From Candidatus Poribacteria bacterium (GTDB lineage: Bacteria; Poribacteria; WGA-4E; WGA-3G): a stretch of 64,000 bases of DNA. The notes below the pieces were generated by a model. It had not been told where the DNA came from and did no database searches. It saw only the letters and a program-made list of their open reading frames with translations. Positions 42,044 to 51,962 of the stretch are shown piece by piece (the first letter of the stretch is position 1; each line of letters starts with the position of its first letter). The stretch spans positions 544,001 through 608,000 of the forward strand of contig CAXXUA010000005.1 in NCBI GenBank assembly GCA_963663765.2, written 5' to 3'. A program made the position numbers and the translations under genes.

Positions 42044-42127
42044 GAATTATAATTCACCTATTAACAATTAATATTACTTATTTCTACCATGCTAAGATAA
42101 CTCCTCCTTTAAGTCAAATTAAATAAG

Positions 42128-42161
42128 AAAAGGCAGATACCTATAAAGATACCTGCCTGTC
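42128..42161 (-). terminator. Intrinsic terminator related to 31117-31158
   Basis: Minus strand ACAGGCAGGTATC-loop-GGTATCTGCC followed by TTTT. Confidence 0.65.
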
Positions 42162-42202
42162 CACTATTCTGACGGTAAAGAGATTATTGCCACGGATGTC
42201 TT

Positions 42203-42813
42203 CTATAACGATTGCATACATCCACAACCACTTTCATTACAGAGATCACAAACAATGTATAAATTTCTCGCTGTGATAAGTGTCAAGGGAACCGACACCA
42301 CTTTGTGTTTTCCTCCGATCGCGTGTATTAAATGTTTCCCTGTTGCCTTCGCATGTGCGTTTGGGTTGCTACCCAACTCATAATCCCACCCCTCAACATC
42401 TATTTCAACAAGTTCATATCTTGATATAGTCATCAGCCTATTGCCAAAGATTCAATTGCTGACCATTTTCTTCATAAACAATCTGTCGTGCGTTACTTTC
42501 TAAGGCACCTCGTTCGCGTATATACGCGGGGAAATGGAATAGGTGTTTTCGTAGTAACCCAATCATACCACTCCGTGACAACATCATCCGTATAACCGAC
42601 CGAAGTATGTGTCATCGCAAACAAAGGGAAATCAGTATCAGTACCACTCTTCGACGAATCTGTAAAAGCTGGTGGATTATAGCGTGATCCGTATGTAGTA
42701 TTCAACGTTAGTTCCATATAAGATAAATACCTATTTAGGCAAAAACCATAATAAGCTGTTGCGCCCAACAACACGACTATTAAAATTGATAATATAAAAA
42801 ATCTAACTTTCAT
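42203..42813 (-). pseudogene. Fragmented secreted protein gene
   Basis: GGAGG RBS and signal peptide at 42813; split into ORFs 42493-42813 and 42203-42433. Confidence 0.55.
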
Positions 42814-42825
42814 TTTTTAAGCCTC

Positions 42826-43008
42826 CTACGGTTCTTGTAGACCCAAATATTGATATGGGTCAATTGCTATCTCTTCTAAAGTATCAACTTTGACGTGTGT
42901 CGGAACTTCACTTTCATCTCTAAAAATCATTCCTGGTCGTAGCACATCAGGGTCACCTATTGCACCGACTACTATTTGCTCACCTTTTGAATTAGTAGCA
43001 TACTTAAC
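42826..43008 (-). pseudogene. C-terminal remnant of a hypothetical gene joined to the 32-bp repeat module
   Basis: Protein-like tail (..VPTHVKVDTLEEIAIDPYQYLGLQEP); its N-terminal part is repeat-derived. Confidence 0.5.
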
Positions 43009-43142
43009 AATACCTACGCCAATAATAGACATTCTGCCAGATTGTGCATGTAGTTGTAGCACATTCTGCCAGATTGTGCGGGTAGTTGTAGCACATTCTG
43101 CCAGATTGTGCATATAAATTATTCTGACAGATTGCTGATATA
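43009..43142. repeat. 32-bp tandem repeat module (2.6 units)
   Basis: ACATTCTGCCAGATTGTGC..GTAGTTGTAGC across 43029-43111; flanks match 13859-14088. Confidence 0.93.
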
Positions 43143-43313
43143 ACGACTTGTGCTAGTTAACTAAATGTTTATACTAAATTCACATATATTGGGTATGGTA
43201 TATAAACATTTCGTCCCTACGGGACTAAAGATCATCCAAAGCAAAAGAAGGACGGTTAAATCCTCTTGTCTATGTGAAGTAATTTTTAATAAATAGTTAT
43301 TTAGCACAAGTCG
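43143..43313. mobile_element. MITE family D
   Basis: ACGACTTGTGCTA...TAGCACAAGTCG; relatives at 46167-46338, single ends at 20376 and 49684. Confidence 0.8.
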
Positions 43314-43641
43314 CTACTTTCAGGCAATTGGTAATTTTTTCTGTACACGAATCTTGTCTATGACTGGGTTTTTCCGATCAAAAAAATACCAATTTTACCA
43401 ATTAGTGACTTAACGTAAATTGACTATAGTATGGACAATTTTCATCTTGTAGAAGTTGATTATTCAACAGAACGTCTATTTTTCTACGAGTTTCATATAT
43501 TTGTGAAACTGGAGAAAATGATGTGCTCCAGCGGAGTGTTATGTGCGGCTCCAACATACCGCTCCGCTGGAGCGGTATGTTGGCTGACAATGTGACTATA
43601 AACATATCGCTCCGCTGGAGCAAAGAAAGTTCCGTTTTGGT

Positions 43642-44063
43642 CAGGGTTATTCAGTTTTAAAAGTATTCTGTTATTTTGATTTACTGAAAGTTAATACCCA
43701 AATGCAGTTTCCTAACTGCACCTTATACATCAATTTTAGATTATTGAAACCTGAACATCGGTCTTTAGTGGTTCACTCGCTAAACATTTATCATGTAGAG
43801 AACGGACGGAATAGATCCAAAAGTCCCTCCCCCTTGATAAGAGGGGCAGGGGGTTTGGAAATTTAGGAATTTCAAACATAGAATACTAAAATTACTTAGC
43901 GAGTAAACTATTTAGTCCAGTAGGGACGATTTGTTTATAGAAAACGAGTGTCCATCCCAGTTCTTTAGTCCCTACGGGACTAAAGAACTGGACAAGATGG
44001 CAACACATAATATTAACGTTATAGTAAAATATTATCAAAAAAACCTAAAACTAAATAACCCTA
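43642..44063. mobile_element. Family-B MITE (inverted) with nested 142-bp MITE
   Basis: Inner element 43769-43910, TGGTTCACTCGCTAA...TTAGCGAGTAAACTA, with 5-bp TSD TTTAG. Confidence 0.85.
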
Positions 44064-44097
44064 TGTTTATCCTCTTTCTTGGAATATTCTGTTTTTC

Positions 44098-45024
44098 TTA
44101 TACCTCTTGTTTTGATGTTCTTAATAAGAGCATTGTAACAAATAACAATGGCAAAATGATAGAGATAGAAATCAGTAAAGAAACTTGCGCTCCAATAAAG
44201 CACGGAAAAAAGAGTATTGAACCTATCATTGACCCTTTCAACGCAAAATATCCGTTTTTTTCATTCGGTTGCAAATACAATGGGATGCGGGTAATTACAG
44301 CAACAAGCAAACCGAGTATGACCCATACGCCATAAGTATTATGGATAAGTGTTTCTTCTATCCAATAAGGTAATAGGGCTACTATAAAAGCTGCTATCGT
44401 TGCCGCAGCAGACAAGAACAGAGCAGGACGGATACCGAGTTGAACAGGTGTCGTTGTAATTCCGTGCTCTTTATCTCGTGAGAGATCTTTAAATGTCGTG
44501 GCAATATGTGTACCGATGTCATATAGTGTTGTCGCACCGAATGCATACCAAACCAACCGTGGAACATTCCCACTCACAACTAACGCACCGAATACGTTCA
44601 ACAACCCTATTCCCAAAGGCAATGTAATACTTCCTAATATCCCTCGCTCTTTAAAAAAGGCATTATATAAATGCGAAATTGCAACTAATGCCATCACCAA
44701 CGCACCTGCTTTTACGTTTAGCAGAAAACCACATAAGACGCAGAGCGCATAAATAACGCTTGCAGGAACCAAGGCTTGTTTCGGAGTTAATCGGTTTGAA
44801 GGCAGTGGTCTTTGAGGATTGGTAAACGCATCAGTTTCCCGGTGGAAATAATCGTTCTTGATCATTCCAGCAAAATAACCAAACAGGGCGATGGTAAGTG
44901 CTGCAGCCACACGCCATGTCATTTTTCCTTCACTGGCAATCAGTGCACCTGGAAGTGTTGCTGCTATTGGCATACCAAATAACGGATAGCGGATGAGTTC
45001 AAGGTAGGTTTTGACTCTGTTCAT
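44098..45024 (-). CDS. UbiA family prenyltransferase
   Basis: NDYFH...D....P.RPLPS and FKD...D motifs; multiple transmembrane helices. Confidence 0.9.
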   Translation of the reverse strand: MNRVKTYLELIRYPLFGMPIAATLPGALIASEGKMTWRVAAALTIALFGYFAGMIKNDYFHRETDAFTNPQRPLPSNRLTPKQALVPASVIYALCVLCGFLLNVKAGALVMALVAISHLYNAFFKERGILGSITLPLGIGLLNVFGALVVSGNVPRLVWYAFGATTLYDIGTHIATTFKDLSRDKEHGITTTPVQLGIRPALFLSAAATIAAFIVALLPYWIEETLIHNTYGVWVILGLLVAVITRIPLYLQPNEKNGYFALKGSMIGSILFFPCFIGAQVSLLISISIILPLLFVTMLLLRTSKQEV

Positions 45025-45027
45025 CGC

Positions 45028-46083
45028 TTAGTAGCTATCACTTGGTACCCCAGCCTCTGCAACTGGTGTGTTTCTTGGATCAAACACCTCATCCACTCCA
45101 TAAAACTGATCGCTCTGCGTTCCGATACTCAATTCAGTAACATTCGGTCCCAGTTGCTTGTTACCACTGATATAATTATCTCGCAATCTGCCACCGTCAT
45201 AGACTGCCCAACCGATATTCATAGTAATATTGTTGGACACAATTTCAGGAGATGAAGTGGAATAACAGATAATTGCATATTCGTAGTTTGAACGGATATT
45301 GTTGTGTTGTATACGGGGACGCGAATCGTCTTCACATACGACTCCATACCTGTTTGCATTGAATTCGTTGTATTCTACTTCGGGCGCAGAAGAACCGCGA
45401 AATTGTGCACCACTACCATTTCTATTGAATTCGTTAGCGGAAATTGTCGGATTGGTATTCTCACATAAAACACCGATGTTGTTCTCACTGAAGAGACTTC
45501 TCTCAATTTGCACAGAATCTGTTCCACATAAGATACCATTGACTGCATGCTGAATACGACAGTAAGTAAATCTACTATTCTGACTCTGTGCTTCAATTCT
45601 GATACCTTGCCAGTCTCCAGCTTTTGGCTGAGAAGTTTTCATGGCTTGGTTAGGTGAACTGTCGGTGATTGTGCCTTGTTGTTGTAAAATACTTCTGTTT
45701 TTTGATTGGGAAATTGCATTATTTGTATTAGACTGATTTGGTGTTAATAGTTTTTTACCTAAAGACCCAAAAACAATCATTCTGTCGGGAGCACCTTCAG
45801 CATATAACTCACCAAACACGACGATTGCACTAAGTTCATCGTTAGGTTCAAAACCAACTATCGTTCCTGAACGGATCGTTAATGTCTTGCCCTCTGGTAC
45901 AGTTACCGTTCCAGTCACATAGATTTGTCCATCCCATACTTCGTTTTCTGTAAGTTCCCCCGATTTTTCAATTATCCCAGTGGAAGAATCGCCACCAGAA
46001 TAATTGAATAACCCTCCCTGACAACCGAATAGCATGGATAAAAATATACAAATATAGAGTGTTCTTATTGTTGTGTTTTTCAT
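45028..46083 (-). CDS. Right-handed beta-helix (NosD-like) lipoprotein
   Basis: LFGC lipobox; repeated N..G..C...P.I..N. Confidence 0.8.
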   Translation of the reverse strand: MKNTTIRTLYICIFLSMLFGCQGGLFNYSGGDSSTGIIEKSGELTENEVWDGQIYVTGTVTVPEGKTLTIRSGTIVGFEPNDELSAIVVFGELYAEGAPDRMIVFGSLGKKLLTPNQSNTNNAISQSKNRSILQQQGTITDSSPNQAMKTSQPKAGDWQGIRIEAQSQNSRFTYCRIQHAVNGILCGTDSVQIERSLFSENNIGVLCENTNPTISANEFNRNGSGAQFRGSSAPEVEYNEFNANRYGVVCEDDSRPRIQHNNIRSNYEYAIICYSTSSPEIVSNNITMNIGWAVYDGGRLRDNYISGNKQLGPNVTELSIGTQSDQFYGVDEVFDPRNTPVAEAGVPSDSY

Positions 46084-46156
46084 ATCATGGTTTTATCATA
46101 GTTTTAGATATATGTCAAGGAAGGTCGCGCTTAAAGTCAGGGTCATTTTATTGTAT

Positions 46157-46945
46157 TATGAAGATAACGAGTTGTGCTATATAACTAATTGTAATATATT
46201 TCTTTACATAAACTGAACGTGTTATTGTGATTTCACTTATATTGACATACTCTATAGTCCCGTAGGCACGATATGTTATAGCACTAATGCGAATATATGT
46301 GAAAACCACAAAACAATATGTTAACTGGCACAAGTCGTGAAGATTAAAAAATAATTCGGTAATCCAATCCATAAACTTTTTCGTAGGGACAGGGTTTTCC
46401 TGTCCGAATATTACCGAATTCATAAATTAACCTTCATACTACCATAGGAAAGAACACCTTGCAGTAATCACTTCAATTTAATGGACAACTTGTTATCAGA
46501 CCCATGGTAAACAGAAAGAAATTCTATACATCTGTACTCTATTACAATACCAATTCAAATAAATCTTGTCTCATTAGGGAATTCTACTGTTTACTAGCAG
46601 GGGGTTACTCTCTTCGGTAGGAGCGACCTCCCGGTCGCGACCGGGAGGTCACTCCTACCAGATTTCCGCTGCTAATGAGACATTATCACATGAAAATGGT
46701 ATAACGTGAGTTTGAAAAATAGTATTGACTTCCACATTGCCTCTTAAAGTCCCCTTGATAAGGGGACTTAGGGGGTTAAATCACTGAAATAGCGACTTTT
46801 TAACCCCCCTAACCCCAATTATCAAGGGGGAATGCGTCTGTCCTGTATAATTATCAAACTCACGTTATTATAACTAAAGTTGTTTACTATGTAGCACAAT
46901 CTAACAGATTGTGCTACATAGTAAACAAACTGACAGTTTGCGCTA
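46157..46945. mobile_element. Stack of MITEs and REPs
   Basis: Family D 46167-46338; TGAAGATTAA element to 46436; ATACCA element 46547-46702; ACGTGAGTTTGA element 46704-46865; REP palindromes to 46945. Confidence 0.8.
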
Positions 46946-47030
46946 CAAAAATCTTACGAAAATGTATTTTGCTCTATTGAAAACGGTGTCAACATGCGAA
47001 AAATCCAGAATGTTCTTGAAATATTTAATC

Positions 47031-49346
47031 TCAATCTATTATAATCTGGTTTACATCCCACAGAAGCACTGTACCATCTTTACAACCTGTCGCGATTAGT
47101 GTGCCATCTGACGAAAAAGCAAAACCGTAGACCCAATCAGAATGGTTTAATATCGCTTTGATTGTTCCACTATTAACATCCCACAAACGTACTGAGTTAT
47201 TGTACCCTCCAGCAATAGTCGCGCTATCTGGAGAATAAATATATGGGTATTTCCACCTAGTATGACCAGTATGTGCGTATTCTCGTCCTCGGGTTTTTCC
47301 TGTACTTAAGGAGACTATTTGGCTGCCATTGCGAGCATTCCAAACATTTAGAATTTCTGCATTACCATTCAAACAAGCTACAGTTGTTGCATCTGGTGAA
47401 TATGTAAAGTGATTAATAAAATAGTCTTGCTCTCCTTCAAGAGTGACCTTGCGTTCTCTTGTGAGAACGTCCCATAAATCCACTGTATTATCCTCATTTT
47501 TAAGCGCAACCATGATGTTTATTGGTGTGTAAACAAAGATAGAAATATCGTCTAAATCATGAAATACTCTTATGGGCAGTCCAGTTGTTGCATGCCATAG
47601 ACGCACCGTTTTATCATACGACGATCCACTAACGATAATGGTACCATCTGCAGAATATGCTATTGATCTAACCTGTTCTTTATGCCCTATTAGTGAATTC
47701 TTGAGTTTTCCTGTAGATGTATCCCATGACCGTAACGTTTTATCGGCACAGGCAGCAGTAATAGTAGTACCATCTGGAGAAAATACTACTGAACTAACCC
47801 AACAATTTGGTTTTATTATAACTTTGCGATCACCGGATGCAGTATCCCACAAAAATAACGAATAGTCATAGCCCCAACTGGCAAGTGTTGTACCATCGGG
47901 AGAATATAATAATGAATGAATCCGCTTTGTATGTCCTGTAAATGTAATTTTAAGGTCACCGTTAGCTGCATCCCATAAGATTACTTTCTTGTCTGATGTA
48001 CCAGTTGCTATAGTCTTATTATCCGGTGAATATGCAAGGCAATAAATAGCATCAATGTGTTCAACTATATGTCTAATCAGATTTCCAGTATTGGCATCCC
48101 ATAAGCGAACAGAATTGTCCTTAGTCCAACTGGTAAGTGTATTACTTTCTGATGAATACAAAAAAGAAACTATATCATCAGCATGTTTGAATGAAGCAAT
48201 CTGTCGTGCTGTTGACGTGTCCCAGAGATAGATTGTTCTGTCACTACAGTGACTAACGATTATTGTACCCTCCTTAGAATACATAAAGGACAAAATTTGA
48301 CTAGAATGATTCAGTGTACTTTTAAGTTCTCTGGAGGAAGAATCCCATAGACGTAAAGTCTTATCCCTACTTGCACTTGCGATAGTTTTACCATTTAGTG
48401 AATACAAGATTTCAGTAATCCAATCTGTATATTCTATTGAAGTTGTCTTGAGTTCACCCGATGCTGTATCCCAAAATTTCACAGTTTGATCAGTACTACC
48501 TGTAGCAATAATAGTACTATCAGGTGAATACGTTACAGAAGTTATCTGGTCCTTTTGTTCCAATGTCTTTTCAAGGTTTCCAGTTCCAGTGTCCCATAAA
48601 TACACCTTCTTATCAATGCTCAAAGTAGCAAGTGCGGAACTATCAGGTGAATATATTAAAGAAAAAATGTTGTATTTATGAGCAAGTGTAGCTATGAGTT
48701 TTCCACTGTTTACATCAATTAATTGTGCAGTTGCTGAGCGACTACTCTTACCTATAAGTGTGGTATTATCTGGTGAAAAAACTATAAAGTCAACCACGCG
48801 TTTTTTTGAAATAATTCTTGCTCTAAGTTTACCTGTCGTTGTATCCCATAAACGCAAAACACCAAATTTGGTACGACTTTCTGCTTGTATATAGTATCCT
48901 CCAGTAGCAACTGTTTTTCCATCGGATGAGAATACTACAATAATGTCTTGATACTTTCCATCAAAATCCATGTTTAGTGTGGTATATAGTTTTCCTGTGG
49001 TAGCATTCCACATTCTGACCTTACCATCACTACAAACACATGCAATATAATTTCCATCAGGTGTAAATTCTATTGATTTGACATCGTGTTTATCATCTGG
49101 AAAAAGGTTAACCTCTTTACCGTTCTTTGTATCGTAAATCCAAATACCAATTGAACTAGTTACTGCTAAGTGCAAACCATCTGGTGAATATTTAATATCA
49201 GAGATTGAACCTTTACCCATACGCATTTTAGCTCCTTTGGGTAAACTGAAATACTTATAATCCGATGAAAATACTGATGGTAAAACAACAAGCATTAGGA
49301 ATATCGTCAGACAGAGTTTAAAATATAGTATTGCTTTCATGGACAA
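47031..49346 (-). CDS. Secreted WD40-repeat protein
   Basis: Signal peptide, LPKGAKMRMGKG, many YSPD..T.A....D..V.LWD repeats. Confidence 0.92.
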   Translation of the reverse strand: MSMKAILYFKLCLTIFLMLVVLPSVFSSDYKYFSLPKGAKMRMGKGSISDIKYSPDGLHLAVTSSIGIWIYDTKNGKEVNLFPDDKHDVKSIEFTPDGNYIACVCSDGKVRMWNATTGKLYTTLNMDFDGKYQDIIVVFSSDGKTVATGGYYIQAESRTKFGVLRLWDTTTGKLRARIISKKRVVDFIVFSPDNTTLIGKSSRSATAQLIDVNSGKLIATLAHKYNIFSLIYSPDSSALATLSIDKKVYLWDTGTGNLEKTLEQKDQITSVTYSPDSTIIATGSTDQTVKFWDTASGELKTTSIEYTDWITEILYSLNGKTIASASRDKTLRLWDSSSRELKSTLNHSSQILSFMYSKEGTIIVSHCSDRTIYLWDTSTARQIASFKHADDIVSFLYSSESNTLTSWTKDNSVRLWDANTGNLIRHIVEHIDAIYCLAYSPDNKTIATGTSDKKVILWDAANGDLKITFTGHTKRIHSLLYSPDGTTLASWGYDYSLFLWDTASGDRKVIIKPNCWVSSVVFSPDGTTITAACADKTLRSWDTSTGKLKNSLIGHKEQVRSIAYSADGTIIVSGSSYDKTVRLWHATTGLPIRVFHDLDDISIFVYTPINIMVALKNEDNTVDLWDVLTRERKVTLEGEQDYFINHFTYSPDATTVACLNGNAEILNVWNARNGSQIVSLSTGKTRGREYAHTGHTRWKYPYIYSPDSATIAGGYNNSVRLWDVNSGTIKAILNHSDWVYGFAFSSDGTLIATGCKDGTVLLWDVNQIIID

Positions 49347-49733
49347 ATCCCGTTATAGGTGGAGTTTGAAGCACTTATTGAAATACTTAAATCATTTTCT
49401 TTTATAGTATACCATTAAAATGACAATTAGTATGGTTATATTCTTGGACCAAACATTGAACATGTCCAAAGCGCACTCACAAAGCGCGCCTACCGTGTGT
49501 TTGTATGGTGTGTGTAAATATTTTGGCATTAACCGTATTTTCAAGGGTAGGAATAACCCGCCAATTGCCATATATATTTGGGTGTTGATTCAAGGTCGTT
49601 CCTACAAGATCTCAGTAGCTAATGAGAAATAACAATTTCTTTTGTGAAATAAAATTTCATAGGTAGTTATTTAGCACAAGTCGTTGAAATGGTATTATTA
49701 TATTTCAAAGTATACACATTTTTCCAAAATTAT

Positions 49734-49762
49734 TTGCATTTTCAAATAGAAAGCGTTATTAT
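49734..49762 (+). promoter_or_regulatory. Sigma70-like promoter of phyH copy 1 (duplicated at 51008-51036)
   Basis: TTGCAT-N17-TATTAT followed by AAGGAGG RBS. Confidence 0.6.
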
Positions 49763-49782
49763 TTTTAAGCAAGGAGGAAACT

Positions 49783-50580
49783 ATGGTAAAACTTACGCAA
49801 GATGACATAGAGTTTTTCAAGAATGAAGGTTATTTAGTCAAACGCGACGTCCTAAACCCAGAACTAATGGAACGCGCACGAACAAGATTATGGGATGGAG
49901 CACCAGAGGGAAGACTTCGAGAGGACCCAGACACATGGGTTGGTCCCTTCAAAAAGGAAGAAGAGAACGAAGAAAACTCCAATCGGAGAAAAGGATTTAG
50001 ATGGAACTTCCGTGAACCCGGTGGGGAAGATTGGATGATAAAACTACTCGCTACCGATCCAAATGTCTGGCACATGGCAGAACAGTTCTTAGGTGAAGAA
50101 AACCTTGTGGAACCTAATCGCGTACGTGGAATCTATTGCACACTCCCTTATGGAAATGTCACAAAGAAATCAAGCGGATGTCATGTAGATGCACATCCAT
50201 TCCATCTTGGAGTTGTCGGTTATATTGATGACGTCCCCAAAGAAGGTGGCGGTTTTACAGTGTGGCCCGGAAGCCATAAGATCTTCTATTACGACTATAA
50301 ATCGCAGTATAAGAACGAACCGACACCACAATATGACATTGATCGTGAACGGCTTAGTAGAGAACTGGGTGTTGAATGTTATGGTAATGCAGGAGATATA
50401 GTCTTCTGGCATCATCGCATAGGACATGCAGCGGGACATAACTACTCCAGGCAGATACGGCAAGCCGTCATATACAGCTATAAAAAAACTGAATTGTCGG
50501 AAACACAAGAAGATCCACCCAACAAAGACATGTGGAGAGATTGGCCTGGTATAAAAGCGTTAGAGAAGACAGATACATAG
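49783..50580 (+). CDS. Phytanoyl-CoA dioxygenase (PhyH) family Fe/2OG enzyme, copy 1
   Basis: F...GYLV, HVD, GG..VWPGSH and GD.VFWH..IGH motifs. Confidence 0.9.
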   Translation: MVKLTQDDIEFFKNEGYLVKRDVLNPELMERARTRLWDGAPEGRLREDPDTWVGPFKKEEENEENSNRRKGFRWNFREPGGEDWMIKLLATDPNVWHMAEQFLGEENLVEPNRVRGIYCTLPYGNVTKKSSGCHVDAHPFHLGVVGYIDDVPKEGGGFTVWPGSHKIFYYDYKSQYKNEPTPQYDIDRERLSRELGVECYGNAGDIVFWHHRIGHAAGHNYSRQIRQAVIYSYKKTELSETQEDPPNKDMWRDWPGIKALEKTDT

Positions 50581-50686
50581 TCAAAAGTATTTATCAACTA
50601 ACATACAAGGTAGGCGTGGATCAGAACCCACACCTACCTTGTATGTTAGTTGATAAATACAAAGATGAAACCAGAATGTGTTAATG

Positions 50687-50845
50687 CTAATTCCGTCCCA
50701 GAACCTTCAGAAACTCAGGATCTTCTTTTACTTCTGAAAATTCAGGTGTTACAAGGAAGGCAGGATAGTATCTTGCTTCATTCCAATAATTTCCTATGTA
50801 GTTTGAAGCAAGTTTCAAATTGTGCAGAGTCTTCTCTCTATCCTT
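50687..50845 (-). pseudogene. Duplicated 3' end of the sigma/TPR-like gene
   Basis: KDREKTLHNL...LKVLGRN is nearly identical to 51963-52121. Confidence 0.9.
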
Positions 50846-51003
50846 GTAATACTCACGACGACTAAAGTCGTGTGCTTCTTTGAAACACATAACTCTCCTC
50901 TGTGTAATTCCTGCTTCCGTCTCTCGTGCCTCTATCCTGAACTGTGTGAGGTCTTATTCGGACTCCACAATGCTTGTGATTGTCAGTTAATTCCCTTCAA
51001 ATT
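50846..51003 (-). mobile_element. Orphan IS605 right end with TnpB omegaRNA scaffold
   Basis: 50908-50969 is about 80% identical by eye to 2493-2553; CTAAAG-centred hairpin ACGACTAAAGTCGT; GAGTATTAC(A) end resembles GAGTATGTCA at 2415-2424. Confidence 0.75.
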
Positions 51004-51056
51004 TTATTTGCATTTTCAGATAGAAAGCGTTATTATTTTTAAGCAAGGAGGAAACT

Positions 51057-51854
51057 ATGGTAGAACTTACGCAAGATGACATTGAGTTTTTCAAGAATGA
51101 AGGTTATTTAGTCAAACGCAACGTCCTAAACTCAGAACTAATGGAACGCGCACGAACAAGATTATGGGATGGAGCACCAGAGGGAAGACTTCGAGAGGAC
51201 CCAGACACATGGGTTGGTCCCTTCAAAAAGGAAGAAGAGAACGAAGAAAACTCCAATCGGAGAAAAGGATTCAGATGGAACTTCCGTGAACCCGGTGGGG
51301 AAGATTGGATGATAAAACTACTCGCTACCGATCCAAATGTCTGGCACATGGCAGAACAGTTCTTAGGTGAAGGAAGCCTTGTGGAACCAAAACGCATCCG
51401 TGGAATCTATTGCACACTCCCCTATGGAGATGTCATAAAGAAATCAAGCGGATGTCATGTAGATGCACATCCATTCCATCTTGGAGTTGTCGGTTATATT
51501 GATGACGTCCCAAAAGAAGGTGGTGGTTTTACAGTGTGGCCCGGAAGCCATAAAATCTTCTATTACGATTACAAATCGCAGTATAAGAACGAACCGACAC
51601 CACAATATGACATTGATCGTGAACGACTCAGTAGAGAACCAGGAGTTGAATGCAATGGCAATGCAGGAGATATAGTCTTCTGGCATCATCGCATCGGACA
51701 TACAGCAGGACATAACTACTCCAGACAGATACGACAAGCTGTCCTGTACGACTTTAGAAAAACCGAATTGTCAGAAACACAAGAAGAACCACCTAACGAA
51801 GATATGTGGAGAGATTGGCCGGGAATAAAAGCTTTGGAGAAGTCAGATACTTAG
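51057..51854 (+). CDS. PhyH family dioxygenase, copy 2
   Basis: Over 90% identical by eye to 49783-50580. Confidence 0.9.
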   Translation: MVELTQDDIEFFKNEGYLVKRNVLNSELMERARTRLWDGAPEGRLREDPDTWVGPFKKEEENEENSNRRKGFRWNFREPGGEDWMIKLLATDPNVWHMAEQFLGEGSLVEPKRIRGIYCTLPYGDVIKKSSGCHVDAHPFHLGVVGYIDDVPKEGGGFTVWPGSHKIFYYDYKSQYKNEPTPQYDIDRERLSREPGVECNGNAGDIVFWHHRIGHTAGHNYSRQIRQAVLYDFRKTELSETQEEPPNEDMWRDWPGIKALEKSDT

Positions 51855-51962
51855 TCATTAGTATTTATACATAAACATTAAAAGGAAGGCGCGGATCAGA
51901 ACCCACACCTACCTTTGTTATAATGTTGATAAATACACAGATGAAACCAGAATGTGTTAATG

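Noticed and set aside
43402-44335. Short ORFs 43402-43623 and 43931-44335, and similar antisense ORFs across the window
   Set aside because: They overlap MITE/REP sequence or are shadows of well-supported genes on the other strand
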